A DNA stretch of 64,000 nucleotides from Thermoanaerobaculia bacterium (GTDB lineage: Bacteria; Acidobacteriota; Thermoanaerobaculia; UBA5066): assembly GCA_963816185.1 (NCBI GenBank), contig CAWFJJ010000029.1, positions 292,974 to 356,973 of the forward strand, written 5' to 3'. A model generated the notes under the pieces. The model worked only from the letters and a program-made list of their open reading frames with translations, was not told where the DNA came from and did no database searches. Positions 38,198-47,210 of this stretch are shown piece by piece. Each line of letters starts with the position of its first letter. The stretch's first letter is position 1. The position numbers and the translations under genes were made by a program.

Positions 38198-38992
38198 ATG
38201 ACGGCCGCCGATAAGGCCGAGTCGCTCCGAGGCATGTTCCGGAACCTCGCGGAGCGAAGTCGGGAGCTCCGGGACGACCTGATTCGCGAGAACGAACGGC
38301 TTCGGGGCCGCGTCCAGCTCCTGGAGAACGATCTCGTGAGGGCCGAAGGCATCCTCTCCAAGGAGTTCGAGGGCGCGAAAGGAGAGCACGAGCGCCTGAG
38401 AGGGGAGGCGGACAAGCTCGTGGAGGAGAACCAGGACTTCGCGCGGCGGTACGTCGAGCTCGAGGAGCACGCGACCGGACTCGCGAACCTCTACGCCGCG
38501 ACGTTCCAGCTCCACGCGACGCTCGACCCGACCGAGGTCGTGAAGACGATCACGGAAATCGCGATCAATCTCATCGGCGCGGCCGACTTCATCCTCTACC
38601 TCACCGACGACGCCAAGGGAGACTTCATCGTCGCGGCCCGGGAGGGAGAGCGTTCGCCGAACGTCCCGCGGCTTCCGGCTCTGACGCATGCGCTCGAACG
38701 TGAAGCCGTCGGCGAGCGCCGAACCGTCTTCGCCGAGCTCGACGCGGACGCGACCGACGAGGAGAAACCTCCGATCTGCTGCACGCCGCTCGTCTTCCGG
38801 GATCGGCTCGTCGGCGTCCTGACGGTCTACGCGCTCCTCTCGCACAAGAAAAGCTTCTCCGGGCTCGATCGAGAGCTGTTCGACCTCCTCGGCGATCAGG
38901 CGGCGCTCGCGATCGTGTCGTCCCAGTGCTTCGTGACGGTCGATCGGAAGCTGAAGACCGTCCAGGGGTTCCTCGACCTCCTGAAGAGCTAG
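38198..38992 (+). CDS. Coiled-coil + GAF domain protein
   Basis: N-terminal ~90 aa heptad-rich (LRDDLIRENERLRGRVQLLENDL ...). GAF-like core (VVKTITEIAINLIGAADFILYL ... PLVFRDRLVGVLTVY). Paralogue at 39562..40333. Confidence 0.7.
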   Translation: MTAADKAESLRGMFRNLAERSRELRDDLIRENERLRGRVQLLENDLVRAEGILSKEFEGAKGEHERLRGEADKLVEENQDFARRYVELEEHATGLANLYAATFQLHATLDPTEVVKTITEIAINLIGAADFILYLTDDAKGDFIVAAREGERSPNVPRLPALTHALEREAVGERRTVFAELDADATDEEKPPICCTPLVFRDRLVGVLTVYALLSHKKSFSGLDRELFDLLGDQAALAIVSSQCFVTVDRKLKTVQGFLDLLKS

Positions 38993-39010
38993 GCACGCCG
39001 CGCGCCGCCG

Positions 39011-39045
39011 CTGTCTGATTCCCCGACAGGTGGTTTTTCCGACAG
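39011..39045 (+). promoter_or_regulatory. Putative bEBP upstream activating sequence B (CTGTCTGATTCCCCGACAGGTGGTTTTTCCGACAG)
   Basis: Paralogue of UAS A. It contains CTGTC-N9-GACAG and lies ~90-120 bp upstream of promoter B. Confidence 0.55.
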
Positions 39046-39133
39046 CCTTCGGGAGCCGTTCCGAATGCGCGGAAAGCCGCCAATCCCTTGATTCCAGAGA
39101 ACCTGTCTCACCGCTCGTTCTCCGTTCCTCGGC

Positions 39134-39148
39134 TGGCACGGGGTGTGC
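39134..39148 (+). promoter_or_regulatory. Sigma-54 (-24/-12) promoter B: TGGCAC-ggggt-GTGC
   Basis: Same spacing and core as promoter A. It sits 40 nt upstream of cheY ATG 39189, which has SD GAGGAGG. Confidence 0.7.
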
Positions 39149-39188
39149 GCTGGAGGTCGCGGAAGACCCATATCGAGGAGGCCAACAG

Positions 39189-39560
39189 ATGGTGCGAAAG
39201 AAGATCCTGCTCGTCGACGACTCCGAAACGAGCCTGCTGATGTCGCGGATGATCCTCAGCAAGGCGAACTACGACATCGTCGTCGCGAAGAACGGCGCGG
39301 ACGGCGTCGACCGAGCCGTCGCCGAGCGTCCCGACCTGGTCCTTCTGGACGTCGTCATGCCGAAGATGAACGGCTTCGAGGCCTGCACGGCGATGAGGGC
39401 GCGGCAGGAGACCGAGACGATTCCCATCATCATGGTCACGACCCGCGGCGAGGGGGCGAGCGTCGAGAGCGGCTTTGCGGCGGGAGCGACCGACTACATC
39501 ACGAAGCCCGTGAACGGACTGGAGCTCCTGACGAAGGTCCGGAACATCCTCGGAGACTGA
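39189..39560 (+). CDS. cheY: CheY-like single-domain response regulator
   Basis: KILLVDDSETSL ... LVLLDVVMPKMNGFE ... IIMVTT ... DYITKP. First gene of the che operon. Confidence 0.85.
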   Translation: MVRKKILLVDDSETSLLMSRMILSKANYDIVVAKNGADGVDRAVAERPDLVLLDVVMPKMNGFEACTAMRARQETETIPIIMVTTRGEGASVESGFAAGATDYITKPVNGLELLTKVRNILGD

Positions 39561-39561
39561 G

Positions 39562-40333
39562 GTGTCCGCCGTGAGCGAGAGCGATCCCCTCGAGTCGTAC
39601 GTCCGCAGGGTCCAGGCGGACACCCACCGCTACGTCCACGACCTCCTCGGCGAGAACGAGAAGCTCCGGGTCGCCGCCGCGACCCTTCAGAGCGAGAAGG
39701 CGCGCCTTCAGGAAGAGATCTTCACGACGCACGAGAAGCTGGACCGGCACAAGCTCGAGGAGCTGAAGCTCGAGCGCCGGCTGGCGGAGATCGCCGCGGA
39801 GAACCGGCGCTTCTCGGAAGAGTACGTGCTCGTCGAGCAGCAGAACTCGAACCTCGCGAACCTGTACGTGGCGAGCGCGCGGCTCCATTCCACGCTCGAT
39901 CGCCGCGAGGTGCTCGCGGTGATCATCGACATCATCGAGTTCCTCGTGGGCTGCGAGCAGATCGGAGTCTTCGAGGCGAAGGGCGGGAAGCTGCATCTGG
40001 TCGCCTCGAAGGGTCTGGACGAGATCCGTTACGCGGAGATCACGATGGGCGAGGGGCCGATCGGACGCACGGCCCTCACGGGTCAGCCCTATCTGACGGT
40101 GGCCGGAAGCGGCGACGAAGACGGGTCTGACGGCCTGCATGCCCGTGAAGTTCCGGGACAAGGTCCACCACGTGATCACGCTGTTCCGCCTCCTCCCGCA
40201 GAAGGCCGGGCGGCTCGAGCCGGTCGACCACGACCTTCTCAATCTCCTCGCGGGCGAGGCAGGGACGGCTCTCGTGGCCGCTTCGCTCCTGTCGCAGCCG
40301 GACTCGCTCGTGCTGAAGGACCAGGAGGCTTGA
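39562..40333 (+). pseudogene. Coiled-coil + GAF protein (paralogue of 38198..38992) with a +1 frame change near 40126
   Basis: Frame 1 encodes the coiled coil and first half of GAF up to ...TVAGSGDEDG. The homologous continuation LTACMPVKFRDKVHHVITLFRLL ... LLNLLAGEAGTALV is in the next frame (ORF 40139..40333), which ends TGATG-coupled to cheD. Confidence 0.6.
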
Positions 40334-40866
40334 TGGCCGACGCTCTCCCCGTCCCGGGCTTCGTGCCCGCGGCCGGAAAGAACGGGCGTGTTCCCAATTT
40401 GTCGGGGGGCGGCCGGCAGGTGCCGAGCGTCTATCTCTACCCGGGCGAGCTCATCGCCACGTCGGACCCTTCGGTGATCTCGACCGTTCTCGGATCGTGC
40501 GTCTGCGTCTGCCTCCTGGATCCGGTCACGAAGAGCGGCGGCGCGAACCACTTCCTGCTCCCTCACCTGACGAGCGGGGACGGCTCGTCCTGCCGGTTCG
40601 GGAGGACCGCGATGGAGATGCTGTTCAGCCGCATGCTTTCTCTCGGCTGCCAGAAGCGGAATCTGACGGCCCGGATGTTCGGCGGGGCCTCGCAGTTCGA
40701 AGGAGCCCGGGACCGCGTCTCGATCGGACAGCAGAACGTGCAGGTGGCGACGCGCTTCCTGGAGGACGAGGGGATCCCGATCCTCGTCCAGGAGGTCGGG
40801 GGATCGCGCGGACGCAAGCTCGTTTTCCACACCGAAACAGGCGACGTCTTCGTGAGGATGCTGTGA
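40333..40866 (+). CDS. cheD: Chemoreceptor glutamine deamidase CheD
   Basis: VYLYPGELIAT ... ISTVLGSCVCVCLLDP ... GGANHFLLP ... GGASQF matches CheD. SD AGGAGG upstream. Confidence 0.85.
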   Translation: MADALPVPGFVPAAGKNGRVPNLSGGGRQVPSVYLYPGELIATSDPSVISTVLGSCVCVCLLDPVTKSGGANHFLLPHLTSGDGSSCRFGRTAMEMLFSRMLSLGCQKRNLTARMFGGASQFEGARDRVSIGQQNVQVATRFLEDEGIPILVQEVGGSRGRKLVFHTETGDVFVRML

Positions 40867-41363
40867 CCGCGCCCGAGGACCTCGAGATGGAGTTCGACCG
40901 GGACGACCTGCTCCGGGTGTACCTCGCCGAGGCCGAAGAGCGGCTCTCACAGATGGAGGGCGGCCTCGTTCTCCTCGAGGGTCATCCCGAAGACGAGGAG
41001 CTCCTCCAGGCCATCTTTCGCGCCGCGCACACCCTCAAGGGGAACTCGGCGACGCTCGGGTTCGCCGCGCTCACCGAGTTCACTCACGTGCTGGAGGACC
41101 TCCTCGAGCGCGTGAGGAGCCGGACAGTGAACGTGACGGGCGAGCTCGTGTCGGTGCTCCTGGGCTCGGTCGACGTCCTGAGGCAGCTCCTTTCGGACGC
41201 GGCGAAAGGCCTCGACGGGATGAGCGACTCGCAGCGCTCGTTCCTCGGGCGGCTCTCGGGCGCTCTGGAAGAGAAGACCTCCGGGCGCCCGTCGCTTCGC
41301 CCCACGGCACCGAAGAGATCCGAGCCGAAAAGAGCGTCGAGATTCCCGGGCTCAATCTCATGA
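40863..41363 (+). CDS. cheA: CheA P1 (HPt) domain encoded as a separate ORF
   Basis: HPt signature FRAAHTLKGNSATLGF. GTGA overlap with cheD. Ends in ATGA with the next ORF. Confidence 0.7.
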   Translation: MTAPEDLEMEFDRDDLLRVYLAEAEERLSQMEGGLVLLEGHPEDEELLQAIFRAAHTLKGNSATLGFAALTEFTHVLEDLLERVRSRTVNVTGELVSVLLGSVDVLRQLLSDAAKGLDGMSDSQRSFLGRLSGALEEKTSGRPSLRPTAPKRSEPKRASRFPGSIS

Positions 41364-42535
41364 CGAGGACGCTGCGCGTCGATCTCGACAGGCTGGACCA
41401 GATGCTGGACCTCGTCGGCGAGATCGCGGTTTCCCGCGGCCGCCTGCGTCAGCTCCTGGAGCAGAGGAGCACCCAGGACCTCGAGGAGGCTCTGGAGGTT
41501 CACCAGGAAGCCGACCGCCTCGATATGGATCTTCAGGAGCTCGTCATGAAGATCCGGATGATTCCCGTGGGCCCGACCTTTCATCACTTCGCGCGGACGG
41601 TCCGGGATCTCGCGCGCACCCAGGGCAAGCAGGTGCGGCTCGTCACGGAAGGCGAGGACGTCGAAGTCGACATGACGGTCATCGAGCGAATCCGCGACCC
41701 GCTCACCCACATGATCCGGAACGCCGTGGATCACGGCATCGAGGCGCCCGAGGTCCGGGCGTCGGCCGGAAAGGACCCCTGCGGGTGCATTCGCCTCCGC
41801 GCCTTCCACGACACGGGCTCGATCGTGATTCAGATCGCCGACGACGGGTCCGGTCTCGACCGGACGCGTCTCCTGGAGCGGGCCCGCGCGAAGGGGCTCG
41901 TCCAACCGGCGGAGGCGCTCAGCGACGTCGCCGTCGACCATCTCATCTTCGAGCCCGGCATCTCCACGTCCGAGGCCGTCACCGAAGTTTCGGGGCGCGG
42001 AGTCGGCATGGACGTCGTGCGCCGCGACGTCGAGGCGCTTCGCGGCTCGATCGAGATCGAGACCGAGGTCGGCCGCGGCACGACGATCACGCTTCGGCTC
42101 CCGCTCACGCTCGCGATCATCGACGGCTTCGTCGTGAAGGCGTCCGACGAGACGTACGTCGTCCCCGTGGAGACCGTGATCGAGTGCATCGACCTCCCGG
42201 CGGACGAGCGCGGGACCGGCCTTTCCGGGCTGATCAACCTTCGCGGATCTCCGCTTCCCTATCTCCGCCTGCGCGAGCTCTTCGGCCTGCCGGGCGAGGC
42301 CGCAGCGCGCGAGAACGTCGTCGTGGTCCGAAACGAGGGGTCGCAGGCGGGCCTCGTCGTCGATGCCCTTCTCGGCGGGAGTCAGATCGTGATCAAGCCG
42401 CTCGGCCGGCTCTTCCGCGGCCTTCCCGGAGTCGCCGGCTCGGCGATCGTGGGGGACGGACGCGTCGCCCTGATCCTCGACGTGCCGAGGCTCGTGAGAA
42501 CCGCGCTCAACCGTGAAATGTCTTACCAATCCTGA
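41360..42535 (+). CDS. cheA: CheA core (P3 dimerisation, P4 kinase, P5 CheW-like), lacking P1/P2
   Basis: LRVDLDRLDQMLDLVGEI (P3), N box HMIRNAVDHGIE, G1 DDGSGLD, G2 GRGVGMDVV, and a C-terminal CheW-like domain. Confidence 0.85.
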   Translation: MTRTLRVDLDRLDQMLDLVGEIAVSRGRLRQLLEQRSTQDLEEALEVHQEADRLDMDLQELVMKIRMIPVGPTFHHFARTVRDLARTQGKQVRLVTEGEDVEVDMTVIERIRDPLTHMIRNAVDHGIEAPEVRASAGKDPCGCIRLRAFHDTGSIVIQIADDGSGLDRTRLLERARAKGLVQPAEALSDVAVDHLIFEPGISTSEAVTEVSGRGVGMDVVRRDVEALRGSIEIETEVGRGTTITLRLPLTLAIIDGFVVKASDETYVVPVETVIECIDLPADERGTGLSGLINLRGSPLPYLRLRELFGLPGEAAARENVVVVRNEGSQAGLVVDALLGGSQIVIKPLGRLFRGLPGVAGSAIVGDGRVALILDVPRLVRTALNREMSYQS

Positions 42536-42546
42536 AGGAGAGTCAC

Positions 42547-43119
42547 ATGAAGGTCTTCAAAGTGTCGTTCGTCATCGCCCTCGCGGGGCTCCTCGCGAAC
42601 ACGATCTGGGCCGGGTTCGAGATCACGCCGGCCGTCCAGAAGGAGCTCGACAAGCAGGTCGGCCAGGTCAAGGCCTGGGCCGCGGACCCGGTGATCGTCA
42701 AGGCCGTGCTCGCCCAGAACGAGAAGGGGCCGATCGCGGGCATGGACAATTCGAAGTGGAAGATCTGCGCCGCAGCGACGCATTCGTGAAGGAGTTCCAG
42801 AGCAACCCGGCGGGCCAGTACCTCAAGCGGAAGATCGCGGAGTCCAACGGAACGTACTCCGAGGCGTTTCTCAGCGGCGCGCAGGGAGAGAAGGTCGCGT
42901 TCTTCGAGAAGACGTCGAGCTTATCTGCACAAGGGGATGCCCAAGTTCGACGTGCCCTTCTCGTCGGGGAAATCGTGGCAGGGGCAGCCGGAGTTCGACG
43001 AGAGCAGCCAGACCCATCAGATTCAGGTTTCCGTGCCCGTTCTGAGCGGGGCGAAGCCCGTCGGCGTCCTCGTGGTGGGCGTCAGCCTGACGAAGCTCGA
43101 GAAGGTCACGAAGAAGTAG
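42547..43119 (+). pseudogene. Periplasmic Cache/PDC-like sensor-domain protein disrupted by two frame changes
   Basis: Three collinear pieces in frames 1/0/1: signal anchor MKVFKVSFVIALAGLL ... DNSKWK, then LRRSDAFVKEFQSNPAGQYLKRK ... AFFEKTSS, then YLHKGMPKFDVPF ... GAKPVGVLVVGVSLTKL. Shifts lie near 42765 and 42921. Confidence 0.55.
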
Positions 43120-43168
43120 GGCGCGAAACGAACGCGCCGCCCGCCATCGCGAAAGGAAGATTCGAGCC

Positions 43169-44856
43169 ATGAACAAGATCTGGAGCGCGAAATTGCAGAC
43201 GAAGCTCGTCGGAGCCTTCGTAATCGGCAGCCTTTTGGGAGCCGGGGCGGTCGCGTGGAACCTGTCGAGCTTCCGCTGGGCGGCCTCCGCGTTCCACGTG
43301 GCGACCCGGGAAAGCCTTCCCGCCCTCGAGTACGTCAACGCGGTCGATCGGGACATGCAGAGGGCGCTCGTCGCCGAGCGCACGCTCATGTTCCTCCGGC
43401 AAGCCTCGGAAGAGGCCGCGCAAAAGCGCAAGGACCATGCCGAAAACCTTCAGCAGGCCAAGGAGCAGTGGGCCAAGTACAAGGCTCTCCCCGCAAGCGA
43501 CGACGAGAAAGAAGCTCTGGCCGGACTTCGAGGGTTCCTTCGGCGAATGGGAAAAGACCACGCTCGAAGTGCAGGCCCTTCTCGCACAGGACATGGCGGA
43601 CGCCCGAAAGGACGCCATCGACCTCTCTCTGAACGCGGGCGAAGAGAAGTTCACGAAGACCCAGGGCATCCTTTCAAACCTCGCGAACATCCGGCAGAAG
43701 AGCACCGAGGCTTTCGCCGGTAAGGTCCAGGCCACGGCCGTCCGGACGACGGTGCTCGCCGTGGTCGTTCTCCTGGCGCTTCGTCGGCTGCGGAGTCGCC
43801 CTCGGGCTCCTGTTCTCCCGCCTCATCGCCGGGTCCCTCAAAGACGTCGCCGCGCAGGCCGGGCGCGCCGCGGACGGCGATCTGAGCGTGCGGATCGCGG
43901 TGAAGAGCCAGGACGAGATCGGCCAGATGGGCCTCGCGCTGAACCGGATGCTCGAGAGCTTCCAGAACGTCATCGTTCAGGTCCAGCAGTCGACCATGCA
44001 AACCGCTGACGCTTCCCGTCAGCTCGCCAAGGGCTCGGAGCAGCTTTCGAGCGGGGCCGGCGAGCAGGCCTCTTCCATCGAAGAGACGTCCGCGTCCCTG
44101 GAGGAGATGAGCGCGTCCATCACGCAGAACGCGGACAACAGCCGCCAGATGGAGGAGATGGCGCTGAAAGGGGCCCAGGAGGGCGAGGACAGCGACAAGG
44201 CCGTGAAGGAGACGCTCGAAGCGATGAAGGCGATCGCCGAGAAGATCTCGTTCGTCGAGGACATCGCGTATCAGACGAACCTCCTGGCCCTGAACGCGGC
44301 CATCGAGGCCGCGCGGGCCGGAGAGCACGGGAGAGGCTTCGCCGTCGTGGCGGCCGAAGTGCGCAAATTGGCCGAGCGGAGCCAGGCGGCCGCGAAGGAC
44401 ATCAGCTCTCTGAGCGGCTCCAGCGTGAAGGTGGCCGAGCGGGCGAGCCAGTCGCTGGCCGAGCTGGTGCCGGCGGTTCGCAAGACCGCCGAGCTCGTGC
44501 AGGAGGTGGCCGCGGCCTCCCTGGAGCAGGCGAGCGGGGTCGCCCAGGTGAACAAGGCGATGACGCAAGTCGATCAGGTTACGCAGCGAAACGCGGCGGC
44601 GGCGGAGGAGTTCGCCTCGACCGCGGAGGAGATGGCGACCCAGGCGGAGAGCCTCCAGCAGCTCGTGGCTTTCTTTCGATCGGGCGAACAGGGGAACACC
44701 CCGGCGCGCCAGGCGCCGTCGCCCCGTCCGGCCGTCGAGAGCGGCGTCCGGCGCGCGCTTCCGCGGCCGGCGGCGCTCCATCCGGGGCTCGTGATCGCGT
44801 CCCCCGCCGCCGCGCGCGCGGCCGTCGGAACCGACGCGAACTTCCGGCGGTTCTGA
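43169..44856 (+). pseudogene. Methyl-accepting chemotaxis protein 1 (4HB_MCP-HAMP-MA) with two frame changes
   Basis: Frames 2/0/1. The N-terminal TM + 4HB switches at the A-run 43508-43510. TM2 is split near 43778. The HAMP + signalling domain ([42 protein letters not shown]) is intact to the stop. Confidence 0.7.
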
Positions 44857-44870
44857 AGGAAGAAGACGAT

Positions 44871-46576
44871 ATGCCACCAACACTCGAACGGACGACGTCG
44901 GCTCACGTGCTGACGGCCAGGCTCTCGAATCTTCCGATCTGGGTCCGCTTGGTGGCCGCCCTCGTGCTGCTCGTGGCGGTGACGGTGGGGGGCATGGCGC
45001 CTCTGGAGCGCGCGTGAACAGGAACGCGTCGCGCAGGAGCAAGCCCGCACATATGCGGTCAGCGCAACCCGGATCACCTTGGCGGGTGTGACGACGGCCA
45101 TGATGTCGGGTGATCGCGCCCTGGTGGCCGCCCTCGTCGAGGAGATCCAGCGAGCCAAGAACATCGAGTCGTTGAACATCCTCGTCGGGGACAAGGTGCG
45201 CGAGCAATACAAGGCAAAGGGGTCCGAGAATTATCAGTCCGATGCGCTAGAGCGGCAAGTCCTGGCTACGGGCGAACCGTTTTTCGGGCTGGAAAGCGCG
45301 AACGGGAAGCCGGTCTACCGGGGGATCGTGCCGACCGTGGCGAGTCGGAACGCCCAAGGCAAGGACTGCCTCGCCTGCCACCAGGTTCCCGACGGGACCG
45401 TTCTGGGGGCGGTCAGCTTCCGCATGGGTCTTGACGAGGTCAGCCAGTCCAGCCGCGGTTTTCAGCGAAAGGCTTTGCTCGCGGCCGTGTTGCTGCTCAT
45501 CCCGGTTGTCTTCTTCTGCTACGTGTTCGTGACCCGCACCGTCAGCGGGCCCCTCGCTCAAGCCGTGGGGCTGGCCGAGCGGATCGCGGAGGGGGACCTG
45601 CGCGAGACATTGAAAGTCGGGCGCGAAGATGAGACGGGCAGGCTCCTGGCCAGCATGCGGACCATGTCGGAGAAGATGTCACGGACGATCGTGGAGGTCA
45701 TGGGCGGGGCCAACGCCTTGGCTTCGGCTTCCGCCCAGGTTTCCTCGACCGCCCAGAGTCTGTCCAGCGGAACGAGCGAGCAGGCGGCGTCCCTGGAAGA
45801 GACGACGTCGAGCCTGGAGCAGATGAGCGCCTCCATCACCCAGAACGCCGACAACAGCCGCCAGACGGAGGAGATGGCCCTGAAGGGCGCGAAGGAGGGC
45901 GAAGACAGGGCGGCAAGGCCGTGAAGGAGCCGCTCGAGGCGATGCAGACCATCGCCGAGAAGATCTCCATCATCGAGGAGATCGCGTACCAGACGAACCT
46001 CCTCGCCCTCAACGCGGCCATCGAGGCGGCGCGAGCCGGGGAGCACGGCCGGGGCTTCGCCGTGGTGGCGACCGAGGTGCGCAAGCTGGCCGAGCGAAGC
46101 CAGACGGCGGCGAAGGAGATCAGCTGGTCTGAGCGGCGTCGAGCGTGAGGGTGGCGGAACGGGCGGGCCGGTCGCTCGCCGAGCTGGTGCCGGCGATTCG
46201 AAAGACGGCAGAGCTCGTGCAGGAGGTGACCGCAGCCTCCCAGGAGCAGGCGAGCGGGCGTGGCCCAGGTGAACAAGGCCATGAGGCAAGTGGACGAGGT
46301 CACACAGCGCAACGCCTCGGCGGCGGAGGAGCTGGCCAGCACCGCGGAGGAGATGGCGGCCCAGGCGGAGGCCCTCCAGCAGCTGATGGCTTTCTTCCGA
46401 CCGGGCGAACGGGGAACGGCCCGGCGCGCCAGGCGCCGTCGCCCCGTCCGGCCGTCGAGAGCGGCGTCCGGCGCGCGCTTCCGCGGCCGGCGGCACTCCA
46501 TCCGGGGCTCGTGATCGCGTCCCCCGCCGCCGCGCGCGCGGCCGTCGGAACCGACTCGAACTTCCGGCGGTTCTGA
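44871..46576 (+). pseudogene. Methyl-accepting chemotaxis protein 2 (heme-type CxxCH periplasmic domain-HAMP-MA) with at least 6 frame changes
   Basis: The collinear MCP sequence is spread over frames. Breaks occur at the G6 run 44987-44992, ~45908, ~46128, ~46140, ~46258 and ~46408. The periplasmic domain contains GKDCLACHQVPDGTVLGAVSF. The C-terminal ~150 nt are nearly identical to MCP1. Confidence 0.7.
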
Positions 46577-46590
46577 AGGGAAAGGTCAAC

Positions 46591-47184
46591 ATGTCACATG
46601 CGCACGAAGAGAAGACGACGTCGTCCCAGTACCTCTGCTTCCGCCTTGCGGGCGAGGAGTGCGCGATCGGCATCCTGAGGGTCAGGGAGATCATCGAGTA
46701 CGACACGGTGACGAAGGTCCCCGCCATGCCGCCCTGGGTTCGCGGCGTGATGAACCTCCGCGGCGGCGTCGTGCCCGTCATCGATCTCACGGTGAAGTTC
46801 GGCCTCCCCGAGAGTCCGGTCACGAAACGGACCTGCATCGTCATCGCGGAGGTGACACTGGACGGCGAGCCGACCGTGATGGGCATCGTCGTGGACGCGG
46901 TCAGCCAGGTTCTCGAGCTCTCACCCGCCGACATCGAGCTGCCCCCGGCCTTCGGGACTTCCGTTCGGGTCGACTACCTGCTCGGCCTCGGCAAGTTCGG
47001 CGACCGGTTCGTGCTCCTGCTCGACATCGACCGCGTGCTCTCAACCGCAGAGCTCCTGAAAGCGGCATCGCTCGAGTCCCGGGAAGTCGAGCCGGCGGGC
47101 GACGAGATCGTCCCCGCGCCGGCAGCGGAGCCTGGCAGGAGGACCCGCGGCGTCGCAGATCCGACGAAGGGTCTGACCGCTTGA
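46591..47184 (+). CDS. cheW: CheW coupling protein with extended C-terminal tail
   Basis: [22 protein letters not shown] ... [24 protein letters not shown] ... LLLDIDRVL. Confidence 0.88.
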   Translation: MSHAHEEKTTSSQYLCFRLAGEECAIGILRVREIIEYDTVTKVPAMPPWVRGVMNLRGGVVPVIDLTVKFGLPESPVTKRTCIVIAEVTLDGEPTVMGIVVDAVSQVLELSPADIELPPAFGTSVRVDYLLGLGKFGDRFVLLLDIDRVLSTAELLKAASLESREVEPAGDEIVPAPAAEPGRRTRGVADPTKGLTA

Positions 47185-47210
47185 GCAACATTGCCAAAAG
47201 GGAGTTTCAG

